DNA of 64,000 nt from Clostridia bacterium (GCA_035399665.1 DAOPJM010000007.1:2309-66308); one strand, 5' to 3'. Shown: positions 1 through 9,879, numbered from the stretch's first letter. The notes: generated from the sequence alone by a model not told the origin. Translations and numbers: made by a program.

Positions 1-1365
1 CAGCTCGTGGACGTCCTTGCCCTGCTGCTCTACCCAAGTGTAGTACTTGAGGTTGTGGATGCGCTTGCGAGACTCGTAGGTCAGTTCCTCCATGCTGTCG
101 GTGCGGATTCCAAGCATATGCTCCGCGTAATCGGCAGAGGCCTTGACCCTGCTGTACTCGCCATCCTCGTCACGAAGCTCGTTGATGCGGCTCTCGTACA
201 TCACGGCGGAGTCGGTGCCGACGGTGGCCACGATATCGTCCTCGGTCAGCTCATAGTACTTGGCCATCTTGATGCAGCACAGCATATTTGCAATGCCGGA
301 GATACCGAGCAGTGAGAGCTTCTCGACGAACTCAGCGGGAACGCCGACGTTCTCGATGAGGTACTTATGACCCTCCGGCTCGTTGAAGAGCCTGAGCAGC
401 TTCTGGCTGTCCTCGTCGTCAATATCGATAACCATGTCGGTGTTGCGAACGTTGTGAATCCAAGGCACATGCTTATCGCCGATGCCTTCAATACGGTGAC
501 CGCCAAAGCCGTTATTCAGCAGGGTAGGGCATTGAAGCGCCTCGCCTACCGCCAGCTTAGAGTCGGGGTACTGCTCCTTGAGGTAATCGCCCGCGCTCAT
601 GGTGCCTGCGGAACCTGAGGTGAAGCAAGCTCCCGCGAATCTGCCGTTCTCGCCCTTGATGGACTCGACCGCGTCATATATAGCCTTGCCGGTTACGGTG
701 TAGTGCCAAATGGGGTTGCCCATCTCCTCAAACTGGTTGAAAATCATGACGTCCTTGCGTGTTCTCTTAAGCTCCCAAGTCTTGTCGAATATCTCCTTGA
801 CGTTCGACTCGCAGCCCGGGGTTGCTATAACCTCGCCCGCGACCTTGGACAACCATTCGAAGCGTTCGCGGCTCATCTCGGCGGGAAGAATAGCGATGGA
901 ATCGCAGGACAGCAGCGCGGAACTGTAAGCTCCGCCTCTGCAATAGTTACCCGTTGAGGGCCAAACAGCCTTGTGGTAGGTGGGGTCAAACTGACCTGTT
1001 ACAAGCCTGGGGGCCAAGCATCCGAAGGAAGCTCCGACCTTGTGGCAGCCCGTGGGGAACCACTTGCCAACGAGTATAACTATACGCGCCTTTACACCCG
1101 TCAAAGCGCTCGGTACCTCGATAAAGTTGACGCCGTCAAACTTGCCGTCGCCGCCCTTTTCAACGGGGTTGTTGCGCCAAGTAATGCGGAACAGGTTCAG
1201 AGGGTTGACGTCCCACAGACCTACGGTGGTCAGCTTCTCCTTGATGGATTCGGGAATGAGATCGGGATTCTGCATCTGGGCAAAGGTTGGGATGATTATG
1301 CCCTTTTCCTTGGCACGCTCAATGGCATGGGCAAGGTTATCGCGATTGACTGTTAGATCTATCAT
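1..1365 (-). CDS. PLP-dependent enzyme of the Trp-synthase-beta/cysteine-synthase (PALP) fold; N-terminal 455 codons, C-terminus runs off the left edge
   Basis: Absent from the ORF track because there is no stop in the window. My own reverse-strand translation from ATG 1365-1363 (GGAG 8 nt upstream) is open for 455 codons: MIDLTVNRDNLAHAIERAKEKGIIIPTF...KWFPTGCHKVGASFGCLAP...STGNYCRGGAY...TSGSAGT...GHRIEGIGDKHVPW. The Lys motif and Gly-rich loop fit the fold. Confidence 0.7.
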   Translation of the reverse strand, partial: MIDLTVNRDNLAHAIERAKEKGIIIPTFAQMQNPDLIPESIKEKLTTVGLWDVNPLNLFRITWRNNPVEKGGDGKFDGVNFIEVPSALTGVKARIVILVGKWFPTGCHKVGASFGCLAPRLVTGQFDPTYHKAVWPSTGNYCRGGAYSSALLSCDSIAILPAEMSRERFEWLSKVAGEVIATPGCESNVKEIFDKTWELKRTRKDVMIFNQFEEMGNPIWHYTVTGKAIYDAVESIKGENGRFAGACFTSGSAGTMSAGDYLKEQYPDSKLAVGEALQCPTLLNNGFGGHRIEGIGDKHVPWIHNVRNTDMVIDIDDEDSQKLLRLFNEPEGHKYLIENVGVPAEFVEKLSLLGISGIANMLCCIKMAKYYELTEDDIVATVGTDSAVMYESRINELRDEDGEYSRVKASADYAEHMLGIRTDSMEELTYESRKRIHNLKYYTWVEQQGKDVHEL

Positions 1366-1493
1366 TTCATTACTCCTTTTGAGTTTTATTCCTATACTAT
1401 GATACACTTTCCAAACATGTTTGTAAAGGGGTTTGGTGAAATTCCCTAAAATTTATTTTGCTAACAAAATTAATTTTGTGAATAGGATTTGCG

Positions 1494-2333
1494 GTGTTCA
1501 CTTTGCACGCTTTGTGCTATAATGTAAACGTGAGAGTTGGAATATCGACGGCGTGTACCTACTGCAAGTGTGAGCTTGAGGACGCGCCCGCCAAAATCAA
1601 ATCATGCGGAGCCGACCTCTGCGAGGTATTCCTTAACACCTTTTCGGAATATCGCGCAGTATATGTTGATATGCTTAAAACTCGCATTGACGAGCAGGGA
1701 TTGAAGGTCACGAGTATTCATCCCATGAGCGCACAGTTCGAGGCGCAGCTTTTCGCGCTGCACCACCGTCAGCGTGAGGACGCCGTGGATATCTATAAAT
1801 CGGTACTCAGGGCGGGCAAGACCCTCGGTGCCAAGATATACGTTATGCATGGTTCTCCGCATTTGAGCGGCGCGGCCAAGAACCTACAGCTTGAGCGGCT
1901 TGCTCCGCTGTTTGGAGAATATGTTTCTATGGCTCAGGATTACGGCATACAGCTCACGCTTGAGAACGTGAGTTGGTGCTTCTTCAATCGTCCCGACTTT
2001 GGCTTGGAGCTTCAGCAGGCCATGGGCGATCACTCCCTCAAGTTCACTCTTGATATCAAGCAGGCTATACGCTCCGGCTTCGACCCTCTCCTTTTTGTCG
2101 AGAGCGTCGGGCGTGATATGGTTCACCTCCATCTTTGCGACTACACGATAAGCGACGGAGGGCTAAAGCTGCAAATGCCCGGTCACGGCGATTTTGACTT
2201 TGCAAGGCTCAAAAGCGCGATGCTTGAAAAGGGCTTTTCGGGCGACGCCATGCTTGAGGTTTACAGCGACATGTACCAAGGCTTTGACGAGCTTGGGACG
2301 GCGTACAGGTATGTACTCAATATCTTAAAATAG
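1494..2333 (+). CDS. Sugar phosphate isomerase/epimerase (xylose-isomerase-like TIM barrel); true start probably GTG 1530
   Basis: 279-aa ORF. VRVGISTACTY... resembles the usual N-terminus of this family, and ...YVMHG...LTLENV...HLHLCD... gives the metal-ligand-like pattern of AP-endonuclease-2/TIM-barrel proteins. Confidence 0.6.
   Translation: MFTLHALCYNVNVRVGISTACTYCKCELEDAPAKIKSCGADLCEVFLNTFSEYRAVYVDMLKTRIDEQGLKVTSIHPMSAQFEAQLFALHHRQREDAVDIYKSVLRAGKTLGAKIYVMHGSPHLSGAAKNLQLERLAPLFGEYVSMAQDYGIQLTLENVSWCFFNRPDFGLELQQAMGDHSLKFTLDIKQAIRSGFDPLLFVESVGRDMVHLHLCDYTISDGGLKLQMPGHGDFDFARLKSAMLEKGFSGDAMLEVYSDMYQGFDELGTAYRYVLNILK
1495..1523 (+). promoter_or_regulatory. Candidate sigma-A promoter with extended -10 (TGcTATAAT); weak -35 TGTTCA
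   Basis: TG at 1515-1516, TATAAT at 1518-1523, TGTTCA at 1495-1500 with a 17-nt spacer. It lies inside the 5' end of the ORF-track version of the next gene. Confidence 0.4.
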
Positions 2334-2345
2334 AAAGGAAAGACC

Positions 2346-3767
2346 ATGAACGATTACAGAAACGAAGAATGGGCGAACTCCATGCGTATACGCTACGATT
2401 ACAACAATATGATGCAAAGCTCTTTGGGCGAACGCGGCATAAGCGCCGCTGAGCTTGAGGCTCTGCCCCTTTCAAGCTGCTTTGAAAGCCTTACCCATAA
2501 GCGTCCGGAGATGCGTTGGCGTGAGCTTCCTTACAATCAGGAGGCGGTCGTTTGCGCCATTGAACGCTGCGCCGAAGGTATTCGCAAAGACTTCGACGCC
2601 TTTGTGGTCTTGGGCATTGGCGGCAGTGCCTTGGGCCCCATCGCGGTTCATCAGGCGTTGTGCCATCCGCGCTACAACGAGCTTCCCGCCGATAAGCGCA
2701 AAGGGCCTAAGCTCTACGTTGAGGACAATATCGACCCCGAACGCATTGCCGCTCTGTTTGATGTGATCGACGTCAAGCGCACAATGTTCAATGTTGTCAC
2801 AAAGTCGGGCAGCACCTCCGAAACCATGTCTCAGCTGCTCATCATCACCGACGCGCTTCACAAGGCATTGGGCAGCGACATCTCATCCAACCTTATCGCC
2901 ACCACCGACAAAGCCAAGGGCAACCTTGTCAAGATAGTCAAGGCCGAAAACCTGACTTCGTTTATCGTTCCCGACGGCGTGGGCGGCAGATTCTCCGAAC
3001 TTTGCCCCGTAGGTCTTTTGGCGGCCGCGGTATGCGGGATAGATATTCGCGAGCTGCTCAGCGGCGCGGCGTACATGGACGAGCTTTGCAAGAACCCCGA
3101 CATTTACAATAACCCCGCTTGTATGTTCGGCGCTTTGCAGTATGCGTCCATGCAACGCGGCTGCAATATCCATGTCATGATGCCCTATGCCGACTCGCTG
3201 AAGTATATTTCCGATTGGTACGCACAGCTTTGGGCTGAGTCGCTGGGTAAACGCAATTCGCTTGACGGTCGACCCGTTCACGCCGGACAGACGCCCGTCA
3301 AGGCGTTGGGCGTCACCGATCAGCACTCTCAGGTGCAGTTGTACACCGAAGGCCCATTCGACAAGGTCATAAGCTTTATAAGCGTGGACAGGTTCCATGT
3401 CGTCACCCCAATACCCTTGGGTTATCCCGACATACCCGACGTCTGCTTCCTCTCCGGTCACACCCAGAACGAGCTTATCGCGGCGGAGTGCAAAGCGACC
3501 GAGTATGCCGTCACCAAGAGCGGGCATATGAACAACCTCATTACACTTCCCGAAGTCAACGCCTTCACGATAGGTCAGCTGCTCTACATGCTTGAAGTCG
3601 CGACAGCCTTCACGGGTGAGCTTTTGGATATCAACGCTTTCGATCAGCCCGGAGTCGAGGAGGGCAAGAACGCCACCTACGCGCTTTTGGGTAAGCGCGG
3701 ATACGATGAGAAGCGCGTTGAGCTTGCGGCGGCTCCCGAAAAATCCCCCGAATACATCATTCGATGA
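2346..3767 (+). CDS. pgi: Glucose-6-phosphate isomerase
   Basis: 473 aa with SIS-domain motifs GIGGSALGP and TKSGSTSET. Length is typical of the Firmicutes-type PGI. Confidence 0.9.
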   Translation: MNDYRNEEWANSMRIRYDYNNMMQSSLGERGISAAELEALPLSSCFESLTHKRPEMRWRELPYNQEAVVCAIERCAEGIRKDFDAFVVLGIGGSALGPIAVHQALCHPRYNELPADKRKGPKLYVEDNIDPERIAALFDVIDVKRTMFNVVTKSGSTSETMSQLLIITDALHKALGSDISSNLIATTDKAKGNLVKIVKAENLTSFIVPDGVGGRFSELCPVGLLAAAVCGIDIRELLSGAAYMDELCKNPDIYNNPACMFGALQYASMQRGCNIHVMMPYADSLKYISDWYAQLWAESLGKRNSLDGRPVHAGQTPVKALGVTDQHSQVQLYTEGPFDKVISFISVDRFHVVTPIPLGYPDIPDVCFLSGHTQNELIAAECKATEYAVTKSGHMNNLITLPEVNAFTIGQLLYMLEVATAFTGELLDINAFDQPGVEEGKNATYALLGKRGYDEKRVELAAAPEKSPEYIIR

Positions 3768-4927
3768 AGAAGGGGCGCATCGAAAAGAAGGTCATACCCG
3801 ACGTCTTTACCATCGTTATGGTGACGGCGTTGGTTCTTTTCGGTCTTGTGGCGCTCCTTAACGTACTTTCGGACCCCTTTGACGGCAGCGAGACCACCTT
3901 TGAGGCCTTCATGGAGAAGCTCAACTTTGAGTACTTCAATCGTCAGCTTGCCAACATCGCAATCTCGCTGCTTGTCGCCGTACCCATGGCTATTCTGGAC
4001 TACCACAAGTACAAGCCCTTCGTCAAGGTGGTCTACGTAATAAACGTCGTATTGCTGCTTTTGCTGATAATTGCGGGCGAGAGCAGCCGCGGTATGCTCG
4101 GTTGGTACAAGATTGGCACTACAAGGGCGTTTCAGCCATCGGAGATATGCAAGGTTACTTTGATAGTGGCCCTGTCCAAGTTCTGCTCCGAGGTTGTGGA
4201 GAAGCGCGGCAGCTTCAAGCGTTTTGTTGATGTGGCTCTCGCCTTTCTCATATTCGCCGTACCCTGTGCGTTGGTCATAAAGCAGCCCGATATCGGCACA
4301 GCAATGGTCATGCTTTGCATATTCATCGGAATAGTGTTCGCCGCGAAAGTCGCTTGGACGTATATCATAGCGGCGGCGGTGGTCAGCGGCATAAGTCTGC
4401 CCTTGATCTACCGCTTCGCGCTGCCGTCTGAAGCCAAAACCCGCATTCAGGTCTTTCTGAATCCGACGCTTGACCCCGAGGGCAGCGGAATGAACGCGCT
4501 CCGCTCAAAGGAAATCATCGGTTCGGGCGGGCTTTTCGGCAAGGGAATGTTCACCTCCGGAACGCTCTCGCAAACCGGCTATGTCCCTGAAAGACATACC
4601 GACTTCATCTTTTCAAGCATAGGTGAATGCTTGGGTTTCATCGGCGGCATACTGCTCATCTTAGCGTTCTTCGCGCTGCTCGTTCGGTGGATGCTCATCG
4701 CCATTAACGCACAGGACTGCTTTGGCAGATGCCTTGTCACGGGCTGTGTGTGTATGATAGGCGTCCACGTCTTTGAGAACATAGGAATGAACGTTGGCGT
4801 CATGCCCATCACCGGTATTCCTCTCCCATTCATCAGCTATGGGGGTTCCAATATGCTTGCATCGCTCGTCGCCGTGGGGATAGTATTGTCCGTACACTAT
4901 CGAAGTAAGCTCGGTACACGACTATGA
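3764..4927 (+). CDS. FtsW/RodA/SpoVE (SEDS) family peptidoglycan polymerase
   Basis: 387 aa, polytopic membrane protein. The C-terminal GVMPITGIPLPFISYGGSNML is the SEDS signature. The start ATGA overlaps the pgi stop. Confidence 0.85.
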   Translation: MKKGRIEKKVIPDVFTIVMVTALVLFGLVALLNVLSDPFDGSETTFEAFMEKLNFEYFNRQLANIAISLLVAVPMAILDYHKYKPFVKVVYVINVVLLLLLIIAGESSRGMLGWYKIGTTRAFQPSEICKVTLIVALSKFCSEVVEKRGSFKRFVDVALAFLIFAVPCALVIKQPDIGTAMVMLCIFIGIVFAAKVAWTYIIAAAVVSGISLPLIYRFALPSEAKTRIQVFLNPTLDPEGSGMNALRSKEIIGSGGLFGKGMFTSGTLSQTGYVPERHTDFIFSSIGECLGFIGGILLILAFFALLVRWMLIAINAQDCFGRCLVTGCVCMIGVHVFENIGMNVGVMPITGIPLPFISYGGSNMLASLVAVGIVLSVHYRSKLGTRL

Positions 4928-5931
4928 ACGAAGTCATAAGACGTCTTACCACAGACGATATAGAGAAAGTGCGAGAGCTTTGGCAGCTTCGCTTTCATGA
5001 CGACGACAATTTCCTGAACTGGTACTTTTCGCGCCGTTTTGACCCTTCCCTGTCCTTCGGACTGTTCATGGACGATGAGCTTATTAGTATGTCGCATGGC
5101 TTCGGTATGAAACTGAAGCTGCGGCAAAGGGTTTTCCCCGCGCTGATGGTCTCCGGCATATCGACAAGGGAAGGCTATGAGCGGCACGGGTACATGCATC
5201 GTGTGGTTTCAAAGCAGCTTAAATATGCGCTTTCGCTCGGCTTTGCCTTGAGCTTCTGCCACCCTGAGGACATTCACGCGTATGATAAGCTCGGCTTTTC
5301 CGTATGCTCCGACATAAAGCTTGTCAAAGGCTTTCGTCCATCCCCCTTATGCGGCGCGCTGTCAGCCGAGGCTCCGTCCTCTGACTTAAGCTCTTTTGCC
5401 TCGCGTTACGCAAAACTTTCAAAGCCCTACTCCTGTATAACAGAACGTGACGAATCCGCCTGCGCACTGCGGCTTGAGGACGTGATGAGCGACGGCGGGC
5501 GTCTGTTTTCAACAGATAACGGCTGCTGCTTCTACCACCGCAGCGGCGAAACCCTGCATGTTGACGAGTGTATCTGCGACAGTGACTACGAGAGCTTTCT
5601 TGCCGCACTCGTTCAAAGCGAGAGCGGGAGCCTTGTCATTGACGGCAAGTTTCCCGTGGACTGCAAGCTCACGGAAGCGACGACACCTTGGACGGTTATG
5701 GTTGCTTTGGACGTTCCGCGTTTGCTTTTGGAGCTTGTCGGTGACCCGAATCAAAGCTTTGAAATTACCGATTCTCTTACCTGCTCCGGCGCTTATAGCG
5801 GGATGGGTTTGCCAGTTCAGCATGGCTGTGTCCAAATCTCCGTCAATCGGCTTTCATCCGCCCTCTGCGGGTATCATGGGCTTTCGGACATTCTTTGCCC
5901 CGTGCCTTGCTATTGTCCCGACGAATACTGA
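4924..5931 (+). CDS. GNAT-family N-acetyltransferase, Eis-like long form
   Basis: 335 aa. The N-terminal acetyltransferase core (..GISTREGYERHGYMHRVV..) is followed by a roughly 180-aa C-terminal extension. The start ATGA overlaps the previous stop. Confidence 0.55.
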   Translation: MNEVIRRLTTDDIEKVRELWQLRFHDDDNFLNWYFSRRFDPSLSFGLFMDDELISMSHGFGMKLKLRQRVFPALMVSGISTREGYERHGYMHRVVSKQLKYALSLGFALSFCHPEDIHAYDKLGFSVCSDIKLVKGFRPSPLCGALSAEAPSSDLSSFASRYAKLSKPYSCITERDESACALRLEDVMSDGGRLFSTDNGCCFYHRSGETLHVDECICDSDYESFLAALVQSESGSLVIDGKFPVDCKLTEATTPWTVMVALDVPRLLLELVGDPNQSFEITDSLTCSGAYSGMGLPVQHGCVQISVNRLSSALCGYHGLSDILCPVPCYCPDEY

Positions 5932-6020
5932 CTTCATTTTCCATATCCTCAGCTTTTTCAAACGCGGGGCAATCGGCGATTATTTGTTAAATTGGTGTCA
6001 AATTCATCGAATGAATGATG

Positions 6021-6049
6021 TAGACAGATTCAAACTGTTATGTTATAAT
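6021..6049 (+). promoter_or_regulatory. Strong sigma-A-type promoter: TAGACA - 17 nt - TGtTATAAT
   Basis: -35 at 6021-6026, extended TG at 6041-6042, -10 TATAAT at 6044-6049. GAGGTGA RBS and TTG start at 6077 lie downstream. Confidence 0.6.
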
Positions 6050-6076
6050 AAGTCATCTATATTGAGGTGATGTGTC

Positions 6077-6499
6077 TTGATAATAGTAAGCGCGTGTTTG
6101 GCGGGTATTCGTTGTCGCTATGACGGCGGGTGCAAGCCCGACCCGAATGTTATGGCGTTGGTCAGAGAAGGAAAGGCCCTTCCGCTCTGCCCTGAGTCGC
6201 TCGGCGGCCTGCCCTGTCCAAGGGAGCCCTCGGAGATATTTGGCAGCCGCGTCCTCGCCTGTGACGGCAGGGACGTTACGGAGCGGTTCAACAAAGGCGC
6301 CGAGGAGGTTCTGCGCGTTGCTAAGATGTACGGCGTCACCGAAGCGATATTGAAAGCACACAGCCCGTCCTGCGGAATAGGGTTGGTGTACGACGGAAGC
6401 TTTTCGGGGAAGCTCGTCACGGGCGACGGGATCACGGCACGGCTTCTCATGGAAAACGGAATCAACTGTACGCCCGAAAAAGGAGGCTCAAATGGATAA
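6077..6499 (+). CDS. DUF523 family protein (2-thiouracil desulfurase TudS-like Fe-S protein)
   Basis: 140 aa. The N-terminus MIIVSACLAGIRCRYDGG plus later SPSCG matches the Cys pattern of DUF523. It overlaps the response-regulator start by 8 nt. Confidence 0.7.
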   Translation: MIIVSACLAGIRCRYDGGCKPDPNVMALVREGKALPLCPESLGGLPCPREPSEIFGSRVLACDGRDVTERFNKGAEEVLRVAKMYGVTEAILKAHSPSCGIGLVYDGSFSGKLVTGDGITARLLMENGINCTPEKGGSNG

Positions 6500-7175
6500 T
6501 ACTTCTATACTGGTCATCGATGACGACAGAAGCATTCTTGCGCTGTTGGAGCTATATCTGCGCAAGGCCGGCTTTACCGTCTACACCTGTGCGACAGGCT
6601 ATGAGGCCATACAGGCTTTCCACAAGAGTAAGCCAACCCTTGTCGTACTTGACGTGATGCTCCCCGGCCGCGATGGTTGGTCCATACTGAAGGACATTCG
6701 TCAGGAAGGCGGCACCCCTGTTATAATGCTTACGGCAAGGGGTGATACGGGCGAGAGGGTTCGCGGGTTAGAGCTTGGGGCGGACGACTACATCGGCAAG
6801 CCCTTTGAGCCGAATGAGCTTGTAGCGCGTATCAAGGCGGTACTCAGAAGGTCTTCCCCGCCTCCCGAGCAGGAGAAAACCATCGATTTACCCGAGCTGT
6901 TCATTTCGCTTGACAACTACTCGGTAACGCGTGGCGGCGAACAGCTTGACATGCCTCCGAAAGAAATAGAATTACTATACTTCCTCGCGTCCCATCCCGG
7001 CAAGGTTTTCACAAGGGAACAGCTCTTGGAACAGGTCTGGGGCTTCGATTTCTACGGTGATTCACGAACCGTTGACGTCCATGTCAAGCGCATTCGTGAG
7101 AAGATCGGCGAAACGAATAACTGGATACTAAAAACCGTCTGGGGTGTGGGCTACAAGTTCGATATCAAAGCCTAA
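6492..7175 (+). CDS. OmpR-family response regulator
   Basis: 227 aa. Receiver domain (LVVLDVMLPGRDGW) and winged-helix C-terminus (..TVWGVGYKF). Confidence 0.9.
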   Translation: MDNTSILVIDDDRSILALLELYLRKAGFTVYTCATGYEAIQAFHKSKPTLVVLDVMLPGRDGWSILKDIRQEGGTPVIMLTARGDTGERVRGLELGADDYIGKPFEPNELVARIKAVLRRSSPPPEQEKTIDLPELFISLDNYSVTRGGEQLDMPPKEIELLYFLASHPGKVFTREQLLEQVWGFDFYGDSRTVDVHVKRIREKIGETNNWILKTVWGVGYKFDIKA

Positions 7176-7184
7176 GCTGCAAAA

Positions 7185-8630
7185 ATGAGCAAGCCACGTT
7201 TTCGCACCCTCTTTTCCTACATGCTGTGGATGCAGCTTTGGGGGTTGACCATGGTCTTGGCCCTCCTTTGCACGGTCGTTTTGGTCGTAAGCTATTCGCA
7301 GCGTATGCACAGCGAAAAGGAGGCCCTATTAGAATGTGCGACAGAGCTTGACGCGACCTTCAAGAATGGCGAGTACGACAGCGAGCTTGCCAAGGAGCTT
7401 GCATCGGGTCATGGTTTGCTGATACAGGTGTGCAGTGCAATCGGCACTGACTCCTACTATTCCGACCCGATATGGAAAGAAGTCTGCGGCGCCGAGCGCG
7501 GAACTACAAAATACTCTCAGCTCTATGCAAAGGCGAGTACGGTCTTTGAATATACCCGCGGCTACTTCAACGGAAACACAGGCTTTTCGACTCTCACGCT
7601 GTTCTCGCTCAAGGAAGGCAAGCTCCTGCTCATTCACAGCAACATAACCGGAGCGTTCAGTGATTTCGGAATTCTTACCGCGTGGATGGTCGCCGTGTTC
7701 TTTGTGGGGCTGTTGATGTGCGTGCTTATCTGCAACTATTGCGCTCACAGGGTGGTCGATCCCTTTGTGCGGATTAACCACATTGTAAGGTGCTATTCAA
7801 GGGGCGATTTCTCGAAGCGCATTCCCGCGGCAGGTACCGACGAGGCTTCACAGCTTGGGCGCAGCTTCAATGAAATGGCCGAGCAGCTAAAGGACCTTGA
7901 GGCCACAAGGCGCAGCTTTGTCGCCAATGTATCGCACGAGTTGAGGTCGCCGCTGACCTCCATGAAGGGTTTCTTGGACGCGATGTACGACGGCACCATC
8001 CCGCCTGAGGAGCATGAGCATTACCTGGGCGTCGTTTTGTCCGAAACCCGCAGGCTTGCCGACATGGTCAACGACCTGTTGGACCTTGCCAGAATCGAAT
8101 CGGGAACTGTCACGCTTCAGTACTCGACCTTCGATATTAACGAGCTGATTAGACGCACCCTGATCACCTTTGAGGCGCGTATAGTCGAAAAGAAGCTTGA
8201 GCTTGATATTCGCTTTGCGCAGGAGCGCTGCTTCGTCTCGGCGGATTCGAAGCAGATTTCACAGGTGCTGCGCAACCTTATCGACAACGCCATCAAGTAT
8301 TCACCTGAGGGCAAGTCCTTGATGGTGTCCACCTACGCAATGCGCAAGGACGTTTATGTAAGCATCAGGGACAACGGAGTCGGCATACCCAAGGAGGATT
8401 TGCCGCATGTGTTCGACCGATTCTACAAGGTCGAGAAGGCGCACACGCCCTCTCCGCAGGTTGGATCGGGGCTTGGGCTGTCGATAGTACAGCGTATTAT
8501 CGAGCAGCATGGACAAAGCATCACGGTGCAGAGCGCAAAAGGGCGCGGCACTCAGTTTACATTCACTCTGACCCGCGTTAATATGCCGCGCAGGTCAATC
8601 ATCGATGGAGGAAAGAATTATGAAGCGTAA
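7185..8630 (+). CDS. Sensor histidine kinase (2 TM, HAMP, HisKA, HATPase_c)
   Basis: 481 aa. H-box SHELRSPLTSM, N-box LIDNAIKYS, G1 DNGVGIP, G2 GSGLGLSIV. Confidence 0.9.
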   Translation: MSKPRFRTLFSYMLWMQLWGLTMVLALLCTVVLVVSYSQRMHSEKEALLECATELDATFKNGEYDSELAKELASGHGLLIQVCSAIGTDSYYSDPIWKEVCGAERGTTKYSQLYAKASTVFEYTRGYFNGNTGFSTLTLFSLKEGKLLLIHSNITGAFSDFGILTAWMVAVFFVGLLMCVLICNYCAHRVVDPFVRINHIVRCYSRGDFSKRIPAAGTDEASQLGRSFNEMAEQLKDLEATRRSFVANVSHELRSPLTSMKGFLDAMYDGTIPPEEHEHYLGVVLSETRRLADMVNDLLDLARIESGTVTLQYSTFDINELIRRTLITFEARIVEKKLELDIRFAQERCFVSADSKQISQVLRNLIDNAIKYSPEGKSLMVSTYAMRKDVYVSIRDNGVGIPKEDLPHVFDRFYKVEKAHTPSPQVGSGLGLSIVQRIIEQHGQSITVQSAKGRGTQFTFTLTRVNMPRRSIIDGGKNYEA

Positions 8631-9879
8631 GAATCTTGTCGGACTTATAATCGCGTTATCACTGCTTGCGACGGCTCTCGTTTTGGTGCTTGTGATTTCC
8701 GTTACCATTCAGTCAATGAAACGGGCAAGCTCCGCTGAGTACGGTCCCGTTGTTACAGTGACCGATATACCCGTGACGGCTATCCCTGAACCCACGGAAC
8801 CTCTGCCGCCCTTCCCCACCATACCCGCTGAGGAGCCGACGACAGAGCCTAATCACAGCGATGAGGTTTCCGCTACTCCCGAGCCTGACGACAACGTAAG
8901 CGGCAATATCTTTACTGACAATCCGCTCCCGGACATCATCGAGATGGTCTCTCCCTCCGTTGTGAGCGTTCTCAACTACATCAGCACATACAGCTATGTT
9001 ACGGAGCGAAACGAGCTTGAGGTACAGAGCAGCGGCAGCGGCTTTGTAGTGACCTCCGACAACTACATAATCACCAATGCCCACGTCGTTGACGGAGCGG
9101 ATTCGGTCAGTATCGTCACCTCCACGGGTGATGAGTATACCGCAGTTGTGGTAGGCGCTGATGTTACAACCGACGTCGCCGTGCTGTACGTCGCTGATTC
9201 GAATCTTCCCGCTTTGACGGTAGGCAGCTCCGAAGCTATGCGCGTGGGTGATTTTGTGCTTGCGATAGGCAGTCCTTTGGACTCCACCGAGCTTTACGGC
9301 ACCGTCACTTTTGGTATTATCAGCGCAACTGCCCGTTCCATCAACATCGACGGCTTCACCAATGAGTATTTGCAGACCGACGCCGCCATCAACCCCGGCA
9401 ACAGCGGCGGACCTCTGCTCAACATCAAGGGCGAGGTCATAGGCATGAACACCGCCAAGAGCGTCACCGCGGGCTACGACGAGTACGGCAACGCAATCGC
9501 CGCCGAGGGTATAGGCTTTGCTCTGCCCATCGACAACGTGTTTACCATAGCGTCCGAGCTGATTACCTCGGGCGGAATCACCCGTCCCGGCATAGGCGTG
9601 AGTATCTATGAGATCAACGACGCCGAAGCGCAGGAGCTTGGCACCGTTGCCGGCGTATACGTCAAATCGGTTACCGCGGGCGGCCCCGCCGATCTTGGCG
9701 GTATCAAGGCCGGCGACGTCATCGTAAAGTTCAACGGCACGGCGGTCAAGACCTCCGATGCGCTTGGTGAGCTTATCCGCGAATGCAGCGTGGGCGATGA
9801 AGTCATTATTACCGTATATCGCGATGGTGAGTACATCGACTTGACTGTCACCATCGGTGATATGAATAAAATGCCATAA
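8620..9879 (+). CDS. HtrA/DegP-family serine protease with a C-terminal PDZ domain, membrane-anchored
   Basis: Catalytic-triad context TNAHVV ... D ... GNSGGPLLN, with a PDZ-like C-terminus. I prefer ATG 8620 (GGAGGA RBS) over the ORF-track start at 8605. It overlaps the kinase stop. Confidence 0.85.
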   Translation: MKRKNLVGLIIALSLLATALVLVLVISVTIQSMKRASSAEYGPVVTVTDIPVTAIPEPTEPLPPFPTIPAEEPTTEPNHSDEVSATPEPDDNVSGNIFTDNPLPDIIEMVSPSVVSVLNYISTYSYVTERNELEVQSSGSGFVVTSDNYIITNAHVVDGADSVSIVTSTGDEYTAVVVGADVTTDVAVLYVADSNLPALTVGSSEAMRVGDFVLAIGSPLDSTELYGTVTFGIISATARSINIDGFTNEYLQTDAAINPGNSGGPLLNIKGEVIGMNTAKSVTAGYDEYGNAIAAEGIGFALPIDNVFTIASELITSGGITRPGIGVSIYEINDAEAQELGTVAGVYVKSVTAGGPADLGGIKAGDVIVKFNGTAVKTSDALGELIRECSVGDEVIITVYRDGEYIDLTVTIGDMNKMP

